The notes under the pieces: model-generated
The model's input: the letters and a program-made list of their open reading frames with translations, nothing else
What the model was told of the DNA's origin: nothing
Databases searched by the model: none
Origin: an uncultured Akkermansia sp.
GTDB taxonomy: Bacteria; Verrucomicrobiota; Kiritimatiellia; RFP12; JAAYNR01
DNA: 64,000 nucleotides
NCBI GenBank assembly: GCA_964580075.1
Contig: CAZOJL010000002.1
Span: 6,034-70,033, forward strand
Direction of reading: 5' to 3'
Made by a program: the position numbers and the translations under genes
Part shown: positions 19,784 to 28,591 of the stretch, in pieces
Position numbering within the stretch: the stretch's first letter is position 1
Layout of the letters: every line of letters begins with the position of its first letter

Positions 19784-22144
19784 GTGAAGGCGAAGGTGGG
19801 GCGGGTGCGGGAATATGATCAACAGCGTTTGATTGCCGATGCGTTGGCCGCCGGAAAGCCGGGCCGCGCGCACGTGATGGGTATCGGCGGGGTCGGCGTG
19901 GCGGGATTGACGCACCTCCTCGTCGCGCGGGGCTGGTCGGCGGATGGGTGTGATGTCAGCCCGAATGCCCTGACGGCACGTGCGCAGTGCGACGGTGTGA
20001 CGGTGGCAGCGACGCACGCGCCGACGCATATTGCGCCGTTGGTTGAGGCACGCCGGGCCGGCATCCCCGTGTGCGTGATTCGCAGCACGGCGATCCCCGA
20101 TGCGGAGCCCGAGATTGCGGCCGCGCTTGCGGCCGGCATTCCGGTGCTGCACCGCGGCGTCGCGCTTGCCGCCTGGGTGTCGGTTGCGCCGCAGAGCATC
20201 GCGGTGTGCGGGGCGCACGGCAAAACGACGACCACCGTCTTCATCGCGCGGCTTTTTCAAGAAGTGGGGCTCGCGATCGAGTGGTGCATCGGCGGGGAGT
20301 CGGCGGGGTTGGGCTCGGGTGCGGGGCGGCGTGAGGGCCGAGGCGTATGTCGTCTCGTCGTGGAGGCTGATGAAAGCGATGGCACGCTCGCGCTTTACCG
20401 GCCCCACGTCACGGTCGTCACCAACATTGATGTGGACCATCTGGAACACTTCAGTGGCATTGATGAGTTGGTGGCGTGTTACCGACGCGCGGTGGAATCC
20501 ACGCGCGTGGGTGTGGTCTGGTGTGCCGACAATTCGCTGGCGGCGGAGGTGTGCGGGGGGGCGTGCGGCGGCACACACCGTTTTTCGTTTGGATTCTCGC
20601 ATGCGGCATGGCTGCGGGCGGTGGACGTCTCGTGCGGTCCGTTCGCCAGCACGTTCACCGTGTGTGCGGGAGATCGTCCGGTCGGCACGGTGACGATCGG
20701 TGTGCCGGGCCGGCACAACGTTCTGAATGCCTTGGGAGCGCTCGCGGCGGCGATGGCATCGGGTATCCCCGTGGAGGAGGCGGTGGGTCGGCTGGGCGTG
20801 GCATGCGCCGAACTTCCCCGTCGGCGTTTCGAGACGGTGGCGTCTGTCGCAGGCGCCCGCGTGGTGGTCGACTATGCTCACCATCCCGAGGAAATTCGCG
20901 CGTTGCTCGCCCAGGCGCGGGGGTGTGCAACGGGTGCGATCACGGTGATATTTCAGCCCCACCGCTATACCCGGACCCGGGCGCTCCGGGATGCGTTTCC
21001 ACCGGCTTTTGACGGTGCCGACCGCGTCATCCTGATGCCCGTTTATGCGGCTTCGGAGCTGCCGCTGGCGGGCGGGTCCGCAGCGGATTTGTACGCCGCG
21101 TGCCGCCGGGTGCGGCCGGCGATGCGGGTATGGCTTGCCGGGACGCATGACGAGGCGTGGCACGCCGCACGAGCAGATCTCGCGGCGGATGATGTGCTGC
21201 TGGTGGTGGGCGCGGGGGATGTGGTGGGACTTGCCGCGCGGGCACGAGCCGACGGCGCGTCTGTCGTGCAGGCGGAACCGCCGGTGGCAGAGGCGGTGGC
21301 TGCCGTGCCGGTGGGACACCTGACCACGTTTGGCGTGGGCGGCGCGGCCGACTGGTTCGTGCGGGCCATGGACGTGGAGACGGTGGCGCGTACGCTGGTG
21401 GCGGCAACGCGTCGGGAACTGCCGCTCCATGTGTTGGGCGGCGGCGCCAACACGCTGGTGGCCGACGGCGGCGTCTCCGGCGTGGTGATGCGTCTCGCGG
21501 GGCCGGCGTTCCAGGCATACGCGCGAATCGGCGCGGGTGAGGTGGAGGTCGGCTGCGGCCTCCCGGGAGCGACACTGCTTGATCGGCTCGAAGCGGAAGG
21601 GTTTTCGGGGCTCGAATGTCTGGACGGGGTCCCGGGGACGGTCGGCGGGTGGCTGGCGATGAACGCGGGAGCCCACGGCGGGTCGGTCGGTGACCGCGTG
21701 ACAGAGATTCGTTGTTTGAATTTTGACGGCACTCCCGTTATACTGGACCGCGCACGATGTGGTTTCGGTTACCGGCAGTGTGACGGTCTGCGCAGCCGCG
21801 TGGCGCTTGTGGTCCGTCTCCGGCTGGATATCGCAACGCCCGGGGCTGTCCGGCAGCGGCGTGCGGCCTGCCGCCTGCAACGGATGGCCTTGGACGGGTT
21901 GCGTACGGCGGGGTCTGTGTTTCGGAACCCGGAGGGCGATTTTGCCGGACGTCTGCTGGATGCAGCCGGGTGCAAGACGCTGCGGGTTGGAGGGGCTGCC
22001 GTGTTCGGCGGGCACGCCAATGTGATTGTGGCCGGAGCGGGCGCGACCGCATCGGATGTCGTCGCGCTGATGCATTTGATGGAACAGACGGTTGACGCGC
22101 GCTGGGGTGTCCGGTTGGTGACGGAAGTGCGCGTGTTGAAATAG
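19784..22144 (+). CDS. murC-murB: Fused UDP-N-acetylmuramate--L-alanine ligase / UDP-N-acetylenolpyruvoylglucosamine reductase (MurC-MurB)
   Basis: The N-terminal ~470 aa have MurC motifs (MGIGGVGVAGL, GAHGKTTTTV, DESDG). The C-terminal ~300 aa have the MurB FAD-binding domain (LTTFGVGGAADWF.. LHVLGGGANTLV). It is a single uninterrupted ORF. Confidence 0.85.
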   Translation: MKAKVGRVREYDQQRLIADALAAGKPGRAHVMGIGGVGVAGLTHLLVARGWSADGCDVSPNALTARAQCDGVTVAATHAPTHIAPLVEARRAGIPVCVIRSTAIPDAEPEIAAALAAGIPVLHRGVALAAWVSVAPQSIAVCGAHGKTTTTVFIARLFQEVGLAIEWCIGGESAGLGSGAGRREGRGVCRLVVEADESDGTLALYRPHVTVVTNIDVDHLEHFSGIDELVACYRRAVESTRVGVVWCADNSLAAEVCGGACGGTHRFSFGFSHAAWLRAVDVSCGPFASTFTVCAGDRPVGTVTIGVPGRHNVLNALGALAAAMASGIPVEEAVGRLGVACAELPRRRFETVASVAGARVVVDYAHHPEEIRALLAQARGCATGAITVIFQPHRYTRTRALRDAFPPAFDGADRVILMPVYAASELPLAGGSAADLYAACRRVRPAMRVWLAGTHDEAWHAARADLAADDVLLVVGAGDVVGLAARARADGASVVQAEPPVAEAVAAVPVGHLTTFGVGGAADWFVRAMDVETVARTLVAATRRELPLHVLGGGANTLVADGGVSGVVMRLAGPAFQAYARIGAGEVEVGCGLPGATLLDRLEAEGFSGLECLDGVPGTVGGWLAMNAGAHGGSVGDRVTEIRCLNFDGTPVILDRARCGFGYRQCDGLRSRVALVVRLRLDIATPGAVRQRRAACRLQRMALDGLRTAGSVFRNPEGDFAGRLLDAAGCKTLRVGGAAVFGGHANVIVAGAGATASDVVALMHLMEQTVDARWGVRLVTEVRVLK

Positions 22145-22151
22145 GAGTGTT

Positions 22152-23060
22152 ATGCGGTTCAAACGGGTTGCGGTGCTGATGGGCGGAACGTCGAGTGAAC
22201 GCGAGATTTCGCTGCGCTCGGGACGGGCGGTCGCCCGTGGGCTTGCGGACGCCGGTTATGCCGTTTCGTCCGTGGTTCTGGATCACGATTCGCTGGACGG
22301 GTCGCTGCTGCCGTACGACGCCGAGGCGGTGTTTATCGTCCTGCACGGCGGCTATGGGGAGGACGGACGTCTGCAGGCCGAGCTGGATGCGAGGGGGATG
22401 CCCTACACCGGTTCGGGTGCGGCCGCGAGTCGGGTGGCGATCGACAAAGTCGCGACAAAACAGGCCTGTGAGGCGGTCGGGATCGCGACGCCACCCTACG
22501 AGGTGTTGCACCGCGGGTGCCGGCGCACCACGATGGGCCTTCCGTTGGTGGTCAAACCGCCGTGCGACGGATCGAGCATGGGGGTCGGTTTGGTGCGGCA
22601 GGACGGGGAGTGGGATGAGGCGCTGGCGCAGGCACGTCGGATAGACCCGGAGGGACGCGTGCTGGTTGAGGCGTTCATTGCAGGGCGCGAGTGGACGGTC
22701 GGCATGCTCGGCCAGGAGCCCCTCCCGGTGTTGGAGATTTGCGCACCCGATGGCTGGTTCGGCTTCACCGCCAAGTACACCCCCGGTGTGATGCACGTCG
22801 TGTTTCCGGAGGACCCTGCAGACCGTGTGCTGGCTGCGCGATGTCAGCAGCTTGCGGGCCGGGCGTTTGAGACGGTGGGGTGTCGTGGCATGGGGCGCGT
22901 CGATTTCCGGATCACGCCCGAGGGCGACCCGTATCTTCTGGAAATCAACACGGTTCCGGGCTTCACGGAGACCAGCCTGCTGCCCAAGGCGGCGGCGCGG
23001 CACGGAATCGCCTTTCCTGAATTGTGCACACGAATACTGGAGGCCGCCCGCTGCGGCTGA
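22152..23060 (+). CDS. ddl: D-alanine--D-alanine ligase
   Basis: VAVLMGGTSSEREISL N-terminus, ATP-grasp motifs, AGGAG Shine-Dalgarno upstream. Confidence 0.9.
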   Translation: MRFKRVAVLMGGTSSEREISLRSGRAVARGLADAGYAVSSVVLDHDSLDGSLLPYDAEAVFIVLHGGYGEDGRLQAELDARGMPYTGSGAAASRVAIDKVATKQACEAVGIATPPYEVLHRGCRRTTMGLPLVVKPPCDGSSMGVGLVRQDGEWDEALAQARRIDPEGRVLVEAFIAGREWTVGMLGQEPLPVLEICAPDGWFGFTAKYTPGVMHVVFPEDPADRVLAARCQQLAGRAFETVGCRGMGRVDFRITPEGDPYLLEINTVPGFTETSLLPKAAARHGIAFPELCTRILEAARCG

Positions 23061-23076
23061 ACGACAGGTGATAACG

Positions 23077-23937
23077 ATGCGAGCCATGCGGTTGGAGTTG
23101 AAAAACGGGCGGAAAACAAACCGCAAGCGCGGTCGGTCCGAAGAGGGCGTTTCGTGGACCGTCATGCGTCCGTTTCTGATCGGCATCGTTGTTTTTGTGG
23201 CGCTGCTTTTTATTCTGATCTTCGCCCCCTGGGTGTTCCGCAAGGGGGTGTTCGTGATGAACAAGGCGTTTGTGCTGCGCCAGTTTGACATCGAGGGCGG
23301 TGAGACGCTGACGCCGCCCCTGGTGCGCGAGTTGTTGGAGGCGGAAACGGTGGCGAACCGGGTCATGATCGGCATGCCGCTTTTTGGATTTGATCTGGAG
23401 CGTACACGGCGCGAGTTCCTGCTTCGCGCGCCCAACATCAAAAACATGCGGATGACGCGCGTCTTGCCGGATACGCTGGTGATCCGGATTGTCGAGCGGC
23501 GTCCGATTTTGCGCATTGGGGCGGGTGGATTTGTTGCGGATAGCGAAGGCATCATTTTTTCCCGCTACGTGTCTGTCAACGGGTTGCCGCGGCTGACGGG
23601 TGTGGAGCGGGCCGATCTGGCGGAAGGCAGCGAATTGAGCGGCTTGGCCCGGGCGGCCGTTTTTCTGATTACCTGTCTGGATGAAACCCCGGTCCCGTTG
23701 CCCGTCACGGGGGTCGACCTGGCCAACTCCGATTATCTGGTGTTGACGCTGATCGACCAGAAACAGGTCCTCTTTGCGTGGGACGGCATGTTAGATCCGC
23801 AGTGCGGCGGGGAGGCGGGAATCCGCGTGTTGCGGACGCAATTGCGGGGGCTGGCCGAAGCGATCAATTCGCCCAGTGGCCGGAACAGGCGGTTTTGGAA
23901 CGCGACCGTGAAAGGGCGGTTTTCCGCTGCAGAATAA
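23077..23937 (+). CDS. ftsQ: Cell division protein FtsQ-like (POTRA-containing)
   Basis: Basic N-terminus followed by a single transmembrane helix (FLIGIVVFVALLFILIF) and a periplasmic domain. Sits between ddl and ftsA as in dcw clusters. The 22825 ORF start is an upstream extension that overlaps ddl. Confidence 0.6.
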   Translation: MRAMRLELKNGRKTNRKRGRSEEGVSWTVMRPFLIGIVVFVALLFILIFAPWVFRKGVFVMNKAFVLRQFDIEGGETLTPPLVRELLEAETVANRVMIGMPLFGFDLERTRREFLLRAPNIKNMRMTRVLPDTLVIRIVERRPILRIGAGGFVADSEGIIFSRYVSVNGLPRLTGVERADLAEGSELSGLARAAVFLITCLDETPVPLPVTGVDLANSDYLVLTLIDQKQVLFAWDGMLDPQCGGEAGIRVLRTQLRGLAEAINSPSGRNRRFWNATVKGRFSAAE

Positions 23938-23961
23938 GTACGGTCATACAGAAAGGCGAAT

Positions 23962-25176
23962 ATGGCGATACAACCTTTAGTGGCGGTGGAATTGGGAACG
24001 ACGCGGACCGTGGTGGCGGTTGGCGAGTGTGACGCCAATGCGCGTCTGGTCCTGACGGCTGTCGGCACGTATCCCACGACCGGGGTTCGTAAAGGGCAGA
24101 TTGTGGCTGTCGAGCAGGCCGAAACGGGCCTGGTTGCGGCGTTGCGACAGGCCGAGAAAAGCAGCAATGTCACGATCGCCCAGGTCTTGCTCGCCGTTTC
24201 GGGGGGCCATATCCAGACGGTGGGCAACATCGGCAATATTCCGATCCAGGGTCGAGACCATCTCGTGACCTCCGACGACGTCAACGAAGTGATCGAATTG
24301 GCGGGAAGCCTCAACCTCGACGACTCCCGAAAATTGGTGCACACCTTCACCCAAACCTACGCGGTTGACGATATGGCGGGTATTTTCGATCCGGTGGGGA
24401 TGACGGGAAGTCAACTCGCCCTGAACGTGCTGATGGTGCATGGCGCGCGGGCGCGTTTTGAAAATGCCGTTACGGTGTTGCGTAATGCGTCGGTGGATGT
24501 GCAGGATACGGTGTTTGGCGTCTGTGCGGCTTCACTGGCGGTGCTCTCCGCCGATCAAAAAAAGAACGGTGTTCTGCTGATCGATCTGGGTGGCGGAACG
24601 ACCGATTACGCGGTGTTCGTCAACGATGTGATCGCCGCCGCCGGCTCGATCGGCGTGGGCGGGGATCACATCACCAACGACGTCGCCCTGGGATTCAACA
24701 TCACGTCAGTTCAGGCGGAGGAACTCAAGCGCAAGGAGGGGAGTGCGGTGATTGACGCCGATGCGTCGGGGCGGCGGCTGTCCCTGCCCCAGAGCCCGGG
24801 TTTCCTGGATCGCTCGATCGGCGTCCGCGCGCTGCAAACCGTCATCAACGCGCGTATCGATGAAACCTTCCGTGTCGTGCGGGCGCACCTGGATGATGAA
24901 GGGGTGCTGCCGCTCCTGGGCTCGGGTATCGTGCTCACCGGCGGCGGCACGCAGCTTCGAAATATCGGCAAACTCGCGCAGCAGACGTTCGGATTGCCGT
25001 GCATGATCGGCTCCCTGCGCAACATCAGTTGTGCGCCGTCGATCGATCCGACGCCCGATTTGGCAACCGTGGCCGGACTGCTGCTGTATGGGTTCGAGCA
25101 TGGCAGCGATGGCGAACGGATTCGCCCGATGGGCAAACGCGTTAAGAAAATGATCGAGGGCATGTTTAAGCGATGA
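23962..25176 (+). CDS. ftsA: Cell division protein FtsA
   Basis: Actin-like ATPase motifs (VAVELGTTRTVVAV, LIDLGGGTTDYAVF, GIVLTGGGTQL). Confidence 0.9.
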   Translation: MAIQPLVAVELGTTRTVVAVGECDANARLVLTAVGTYPTTGVRKGQIVAVEQAETGLVAALRQAEKSSNVTIAQVLLAVSGGHIQTVGNIGNIPIQGRDHLVTSDDVNEVIELAGSLNLDDSRKLVHTFTQTYAVDDMAGIFDPVGMTGSQLALNVLMVHGARARFENAVTVLRNASVDVQDTVFGVCAASLAVLSADQKKNGVLLIDLGGGTTDYAVFVNDVIAAAGSIGVGGDHITNDVALGFNITSVQAEELKRKEGSAVIDADASGRRLSLPQSPGFLDRSIGVRALQTVINARIDETFRVVRAHLDDEGVLPLLGSGIVLTGGGTQLRNIGKLAQQTFGLPCMIGSLRNISCAPSIDPTPDLATVAGLLLYGFEHGSDGERIRPMGKRVKKMIEGMFKR

Positions 25177-26324
25177 GCACGGAAAGCGGATTGATTCTTG
25201 TGGGTGTCGGTGGCGGTGGCTGCCAGTATGCCGCCGCGGCGCGCCGGGCATTTGGAGAACGGCTGCACGCGCTGGGCCTGGATACGGATCGGCAGGCGCT
25301 CGACAGCGCCGAGGACTTGCGCGGCGTGCTGCTTGCCGTGCCGCGGCTCGACGGAATGGGCACCGGTGGCGATCCGATCAAGGGGCGGCTGGCGGTGCAG
25401 GACGATTCCGACGCGCTCACGCGTGAGTGGGACGGTGTCCACATTGCCGTCGTCGTGGTCGCGTTGGGCGGGGGGACGGGCGGCGGTGCGACCCCGGAGT
25501 TGTTGCGCCTGTTTCGAAAAAAAGAGATCACCACGCTCTGCTTTGCGCTGCTGCCGTTCCCGTTCGAGGACGCGGTTCGGCGTCAGGCGGCTGAACGGGC
25601 GCTGCCGCAATTGGACGAGAGTGCCGACACGCTGGTCGTCATCCCCCAGGGAGAGCTGTGGGCGGGCACCGAGGGAGACGAACGAACATTTGGAGCCTCC
25701 CGTCGCGAAGCGTGCCGCGCGTTCGGGCATGCGATGACACTCTTGTGGCGGCTGGTGCTCACGCCCGGTTTCATTCGTCTGGATCCGGCGCGGCTGCGGG
25801 CGGTGCTGGCCAGTCGCGGCCGGGCCCGGTTTTGCCTCAGCGAAGCGGTTGGTTCCGCGCGTGCGCACGACGCCGCAAAAGGGCTGCTCGATCAGGTGAC
25901 CACCGCCAACACGTCTGCGCCGGCGCGCGCCGTGGTTCTCGGGATTCTGGCCGGCGAAGATTTGCGGCTGTCGGAACTCGGTGCTATCATGCAACGGGTC
26001 AGTGAAAGCCTGCCCGATGACTGTCGACTGGACATGGGCACGATTGTTGATAACGGGTACGACGGGTGTCTGTGTGTGATCGCACTGGTTTTTGAGACGT
26101 GGCGTGAGGCGGGAGTGGTCACGGGCGGCGCGGCCCCGTCCGAGAACCCCGTGACACGCCCCACGCTCCTGGGAGGGGGCCGTCGCAGTCGTGCGGGTAC
26201 CGGAGCCAAATCAAAACTCGGCTTTAACACCGGTAAAGGGCGGTTCCGAGACATCGAGTCGACTATTTTCAACGGCGAGGATCTGGACATCCCCACGGTT
26301 GTTCGCAAGCACATCACCTTCTAA
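25173..26324 (+). CDS. ftsZ: Divergent tubulin-like cell division GTPase FtsZ
   Basis: GVGGGGCQ and GGGTGGGATP glycine-rich GTP-binding loops, T7-loop region (ALLPFPFEDAVRRQ), DTLVVIP motif, and a C-terminal conserved peptide (DLDIPTVVRKHITF). ATGA overlap with ftsA. The sequence is far from canonical FtsZ. Confidence 0.8.
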   Translation: MSTESGLILVGVGGGGCQYAAAARRAFGERLHALGLDTDRQALDSAEDLRGVLLAVPRLDGMGTGGDPIKGRLAVQDDSDALTREWDGVHIAVVVVALGGGTGGGATPELLRLFRKKEITTLCFALLPFPFEDAVRRQAAERALPQLDESADTLVVIPQGELWAGTEGDERTFGASRREACRAFGHAMTLLWRLVLTPGFIRLDPARLRAVLASRGRARFCLSEAVGSARAHDAAKGLLDQVTTANTSAPARAVVLGILAGEDLRLSELGAIMQRVSESLPDDCRLDMGTIVDNGYDGCLCVIALVFETWREAGVVTGGAAPSENPVTRPTLLGGGRRSRAGTGAKSKLGFNTGKGRFRDIESTIFNGEDLDIPTVVRKHITF

Positions 26325-26340
26325 CATGGGAGTCAGCATC

Positions 26341-26916
26341 ATGATGACAGAACACGAGATTCTGCAGGATATGGAAGACGCGGGCGCGTTGCTATCCGGG
26401 CACTTCGAACTGCGCTCCAAACTGCACAGTGACCGCTATTTCCAATGTGCGAACGTCTTGCGGTTGCCGCGTGTGGCCGAGAGGCTGTGCGGCGAGCTGA
26501 CGCGGCGGATGCGGGTCGCGGGCGGATGCGGCCGCGTGGACGGCGTGGTGTCGCCCGCATTGGGCGGGATTCTGGTGGGCCACGAGGTCGCGCGCGCGCT
26601 CGACGTGCAGAGCCTTTTTGCCGAAAAGGAGAACGGCCGGCTGGGAATGCGCCGGTTTTCACTGGTGCGCGGCGCACGGTACGTGATCGCCGAAGACGTC
26701 ATCACGCGCGGGGGCCGTGTGCAGGAGACCCTCGATCTCGTGACGCAAGCCGGCGCGACGGTCGCCGCCATCCTGGTGCTCGTGGACCGGAGTGCCGGAA
26801 CCGTGGCGTTCGATTATCCCACGTACAGTCTGCTGAACCTCGTTCCCCAGGTCTGGGAACCGTCGGATTGTCCCTTGTGTGCCGCTGGCTCCAAGCCGGT
26901 TCATCCGGGATCGTGA
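26341..26916 (+). CDS. pyrE: Orotate phosphoribosyltransferase-like type I PRTase
   Basis: GHFELRSKLHSDRYF N-terminal motif and a PRPP-binding loop (VIAEDVITRGGRV). Start ambiguous (26326, 26341 or 26344). Confidence 0.55.
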   Translation: MMTEHEILQDMEDAGALLSGHFELRSKLHSDRYFQCANVLRLPRVAERLCGELTRRMRVAGGCGRVDGVVSPALGGILVGHEVARALDVQSLFAEKENGRLGMRRFSLVRGARYVIAEDVITRGGRVQETLDLVTQAGATVAAILVLVDRSAGTVAFDYPTYSLLNLVPQVWEPSDCPLCAAGSKPVHPGS

Positions 26917-26929
26917 GAGGAAGGCTGTG

Positions 26930-28591
26930 ATGGGCAAGGCGCGAACCCGATGGCGGAAGCATGCAGGCTGGTTCTGCGGCGGCGCGGCACTGGCGCTGGC
27001 GCTGAGCTTGTTCGCGCCGACATTTGCGTGGATGACCTATGAGTTCGGACTCCCCCGCAACGACCTGTCGCACGGCTGGGCTGTCCCTTTCTTCTCGGCC
27101 TATGTCGTCTGGCTACGCCGGCACGCTCTCAAACAGGCCCTCGCTGCAGGCCGGCCCGATTGGCGCGGGGTTGTTCTCTGTGTGTTCGGACTGGCCCTGT
27201 TCTGGCTGGGGAACCGGGGCGGGCAGATGCGGTTCTGCCATCTGGCGCTGCTTGTGGAGGTGTGGGCCATTCCGTTTGCGCTGTTCGGATCGGGAGTGGC
27301 GCGGCTGATGTTGTTTCCCGCCGCATTCCTGATCTTCACCATGCCCATGGGGTTCCTCGACTTCTTCACCATCCGGCTCCGTTTGGTTACGGCCGCGTCG
27401 GCTGCGACGCTGCTGAACGGGATCGGCATTCCCGTGGTCCGTGAGGGGACCGCGTTGCACGCGGTGGCCGGGACGGGCTTCAATCTGGATGTCGCAGACC
27501 CGTGCAGCGGATTGCGTTCGCTGTTCGCGATGACCGCACTGACGACGGCCTACGCCTTTCTCACGCTGCGCGGCCGCCTCCGGCAGGCAGCTCTTTTCGG
27601 CTTGTCTGTGCCGATCGCCGTGATCGGCAACTGCTTTCGGATCCTCTCGATCGCGGTGATCGCGCGTTTCTTCGGGTCCGCCGTCGCGACCGGTTTTTAC
27701 CATGATTACTCGGGCTACGTTGTGTTCCTGGTTGCGGTGCTGCTCATGGTGCAGGCGGGTCACACGATTGCCCGGATTCGGGTGCTGCGGCTGGAGCAGG
27801 TTTTTGAGGGGGACGGATTCGGGCGCCCTGACGCCGCAGATGCCGCACCGTGGGGTATCCGGGACCGCTTGCAGGCGGTTGCCGTTCCGCTGGCGCTGAC
27901 GTTGGTTCTGGTGCTTCAGGCGCGGCTGCCACCGCCGACAGGGGATGCGTCGGAGCTCCTGATTCCGGAACTGCCGTCGGCATTCGGTGATTACCGGGGT
28001 GCTGTGCCGCGCTTCTGCCACAATGAGCAATGCCTGCACCGGGCGCTCCTCGTGACGCCGCCTGATGCGCTTGAAACGCCGGTGTGTCCGCAATGCGGAG
28101 GACGTCTGTACGACCGCTCATTGGGCGAGGCGACGGTGCTGCCCGCCGATACGGTGATCGTGAAGCGCCACTATGAGGCGCCATCTGGCGCCGATATCGA
28201 GATAAGCGTGGTGGTCAGCGGACTCTCCCGAATGAGCATCCACAGGCCCGAACTGTGTCTGCCGGCGCAAGGCTTTGCGATGACCCGCGCCCGTATCCTG
28301 TCGGTTCCGCTCCCCGGCCGCGAGCCGCTGGCGGTACGCCTTGTCAGTGTGCAGCGAGGCCCTTCGCGCTTCATATTGTGTTATTGGTTCAGAAACCGCG
28401 ACTATGAGACGGCCTCCCATGCGGTGCGGATTCTGCGCGACGCGTGGGCCCGTTCGGTGCATAATCGAGTCAATCGTTGGATCATGTTTGCCATGACCGT
28501 CGATCTGCCGCCGGATGCGGCAGCGGCGGATGACGCCGTGCGTGACGCCGTTGCGGCCATTTACCCGCGCACCCGGCTTGGAGTGGAGTGA
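26930..28591 (+). CDS. Exosortase (XrtA/EpsH family) fused to an EpsI-like C-terminal domain
   Basis: Eight or more transmembrane segments carrying the exosortase DPCSGLRSL motif and conserved Asn/Arg (GNCFRIL). A ~200-aa C-terminal region resembles exosortase-associated EpsI and has an inserted four-Cys cluster (CHNEQC..CPQCGG). GAGGAAGG Shine-Dalgarno upstream. Confidence 0.75.
   Translation: MGKARTRWRKHAGWFCGGAALALALSLFAPTFAWMTYEFGLPRNDLSHGWAVPFFSAYVVWLRRHALKQALAAGRPDWRGVVLCVFGLALFWLGNRGGQMRFCHLALLVEVWAIPFALFGSGVARLMLFPAAFLIFTMPMGFLDFFTIRLRLVTAASAATLLNGIGIPVVREGTALHAVAGTGFNLDVADPCSGLRSLFAMTALTTAYAFLTLRGRLRQAALFGLSVPIAVIGNCFRILSIAVIARFFGSAVATGFYHDYSGYVVFLVAVLLMVQAGHTIARIRVLRLEQVFEGDGFGRPDAADAAPWGIRDRLQAVAVPLALTLVLVLQARLPPPTGDASELLIPELPSAFGDYRGAVPRFCHNEQCLHRALLVTPPDALETPVCPQCGGRLYDRSLGEATVLPADTVIVKRHYEAPSGADIEISVVVSGLSRMSIHRPELCLPAQGFAMTRARILSVPLPGREPLAVRLVSVQRGPSRFILCYWFRNRDYETASHAVRILRDAWARSVHNRVNRWIMFAMTVDLPPDAAAADDAVRDAVAAIYPRTRLGVE

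Noticed and set aside
22825-23076. Upstream extension of ftsQ from 22825, overlapping ddl
   Set aside because: It overlaps the ddl coding sequence in another frame. The ATG at 23077, just after the ddl stop, gives a typical FtsQ N-terminus with a transmembrane helix.
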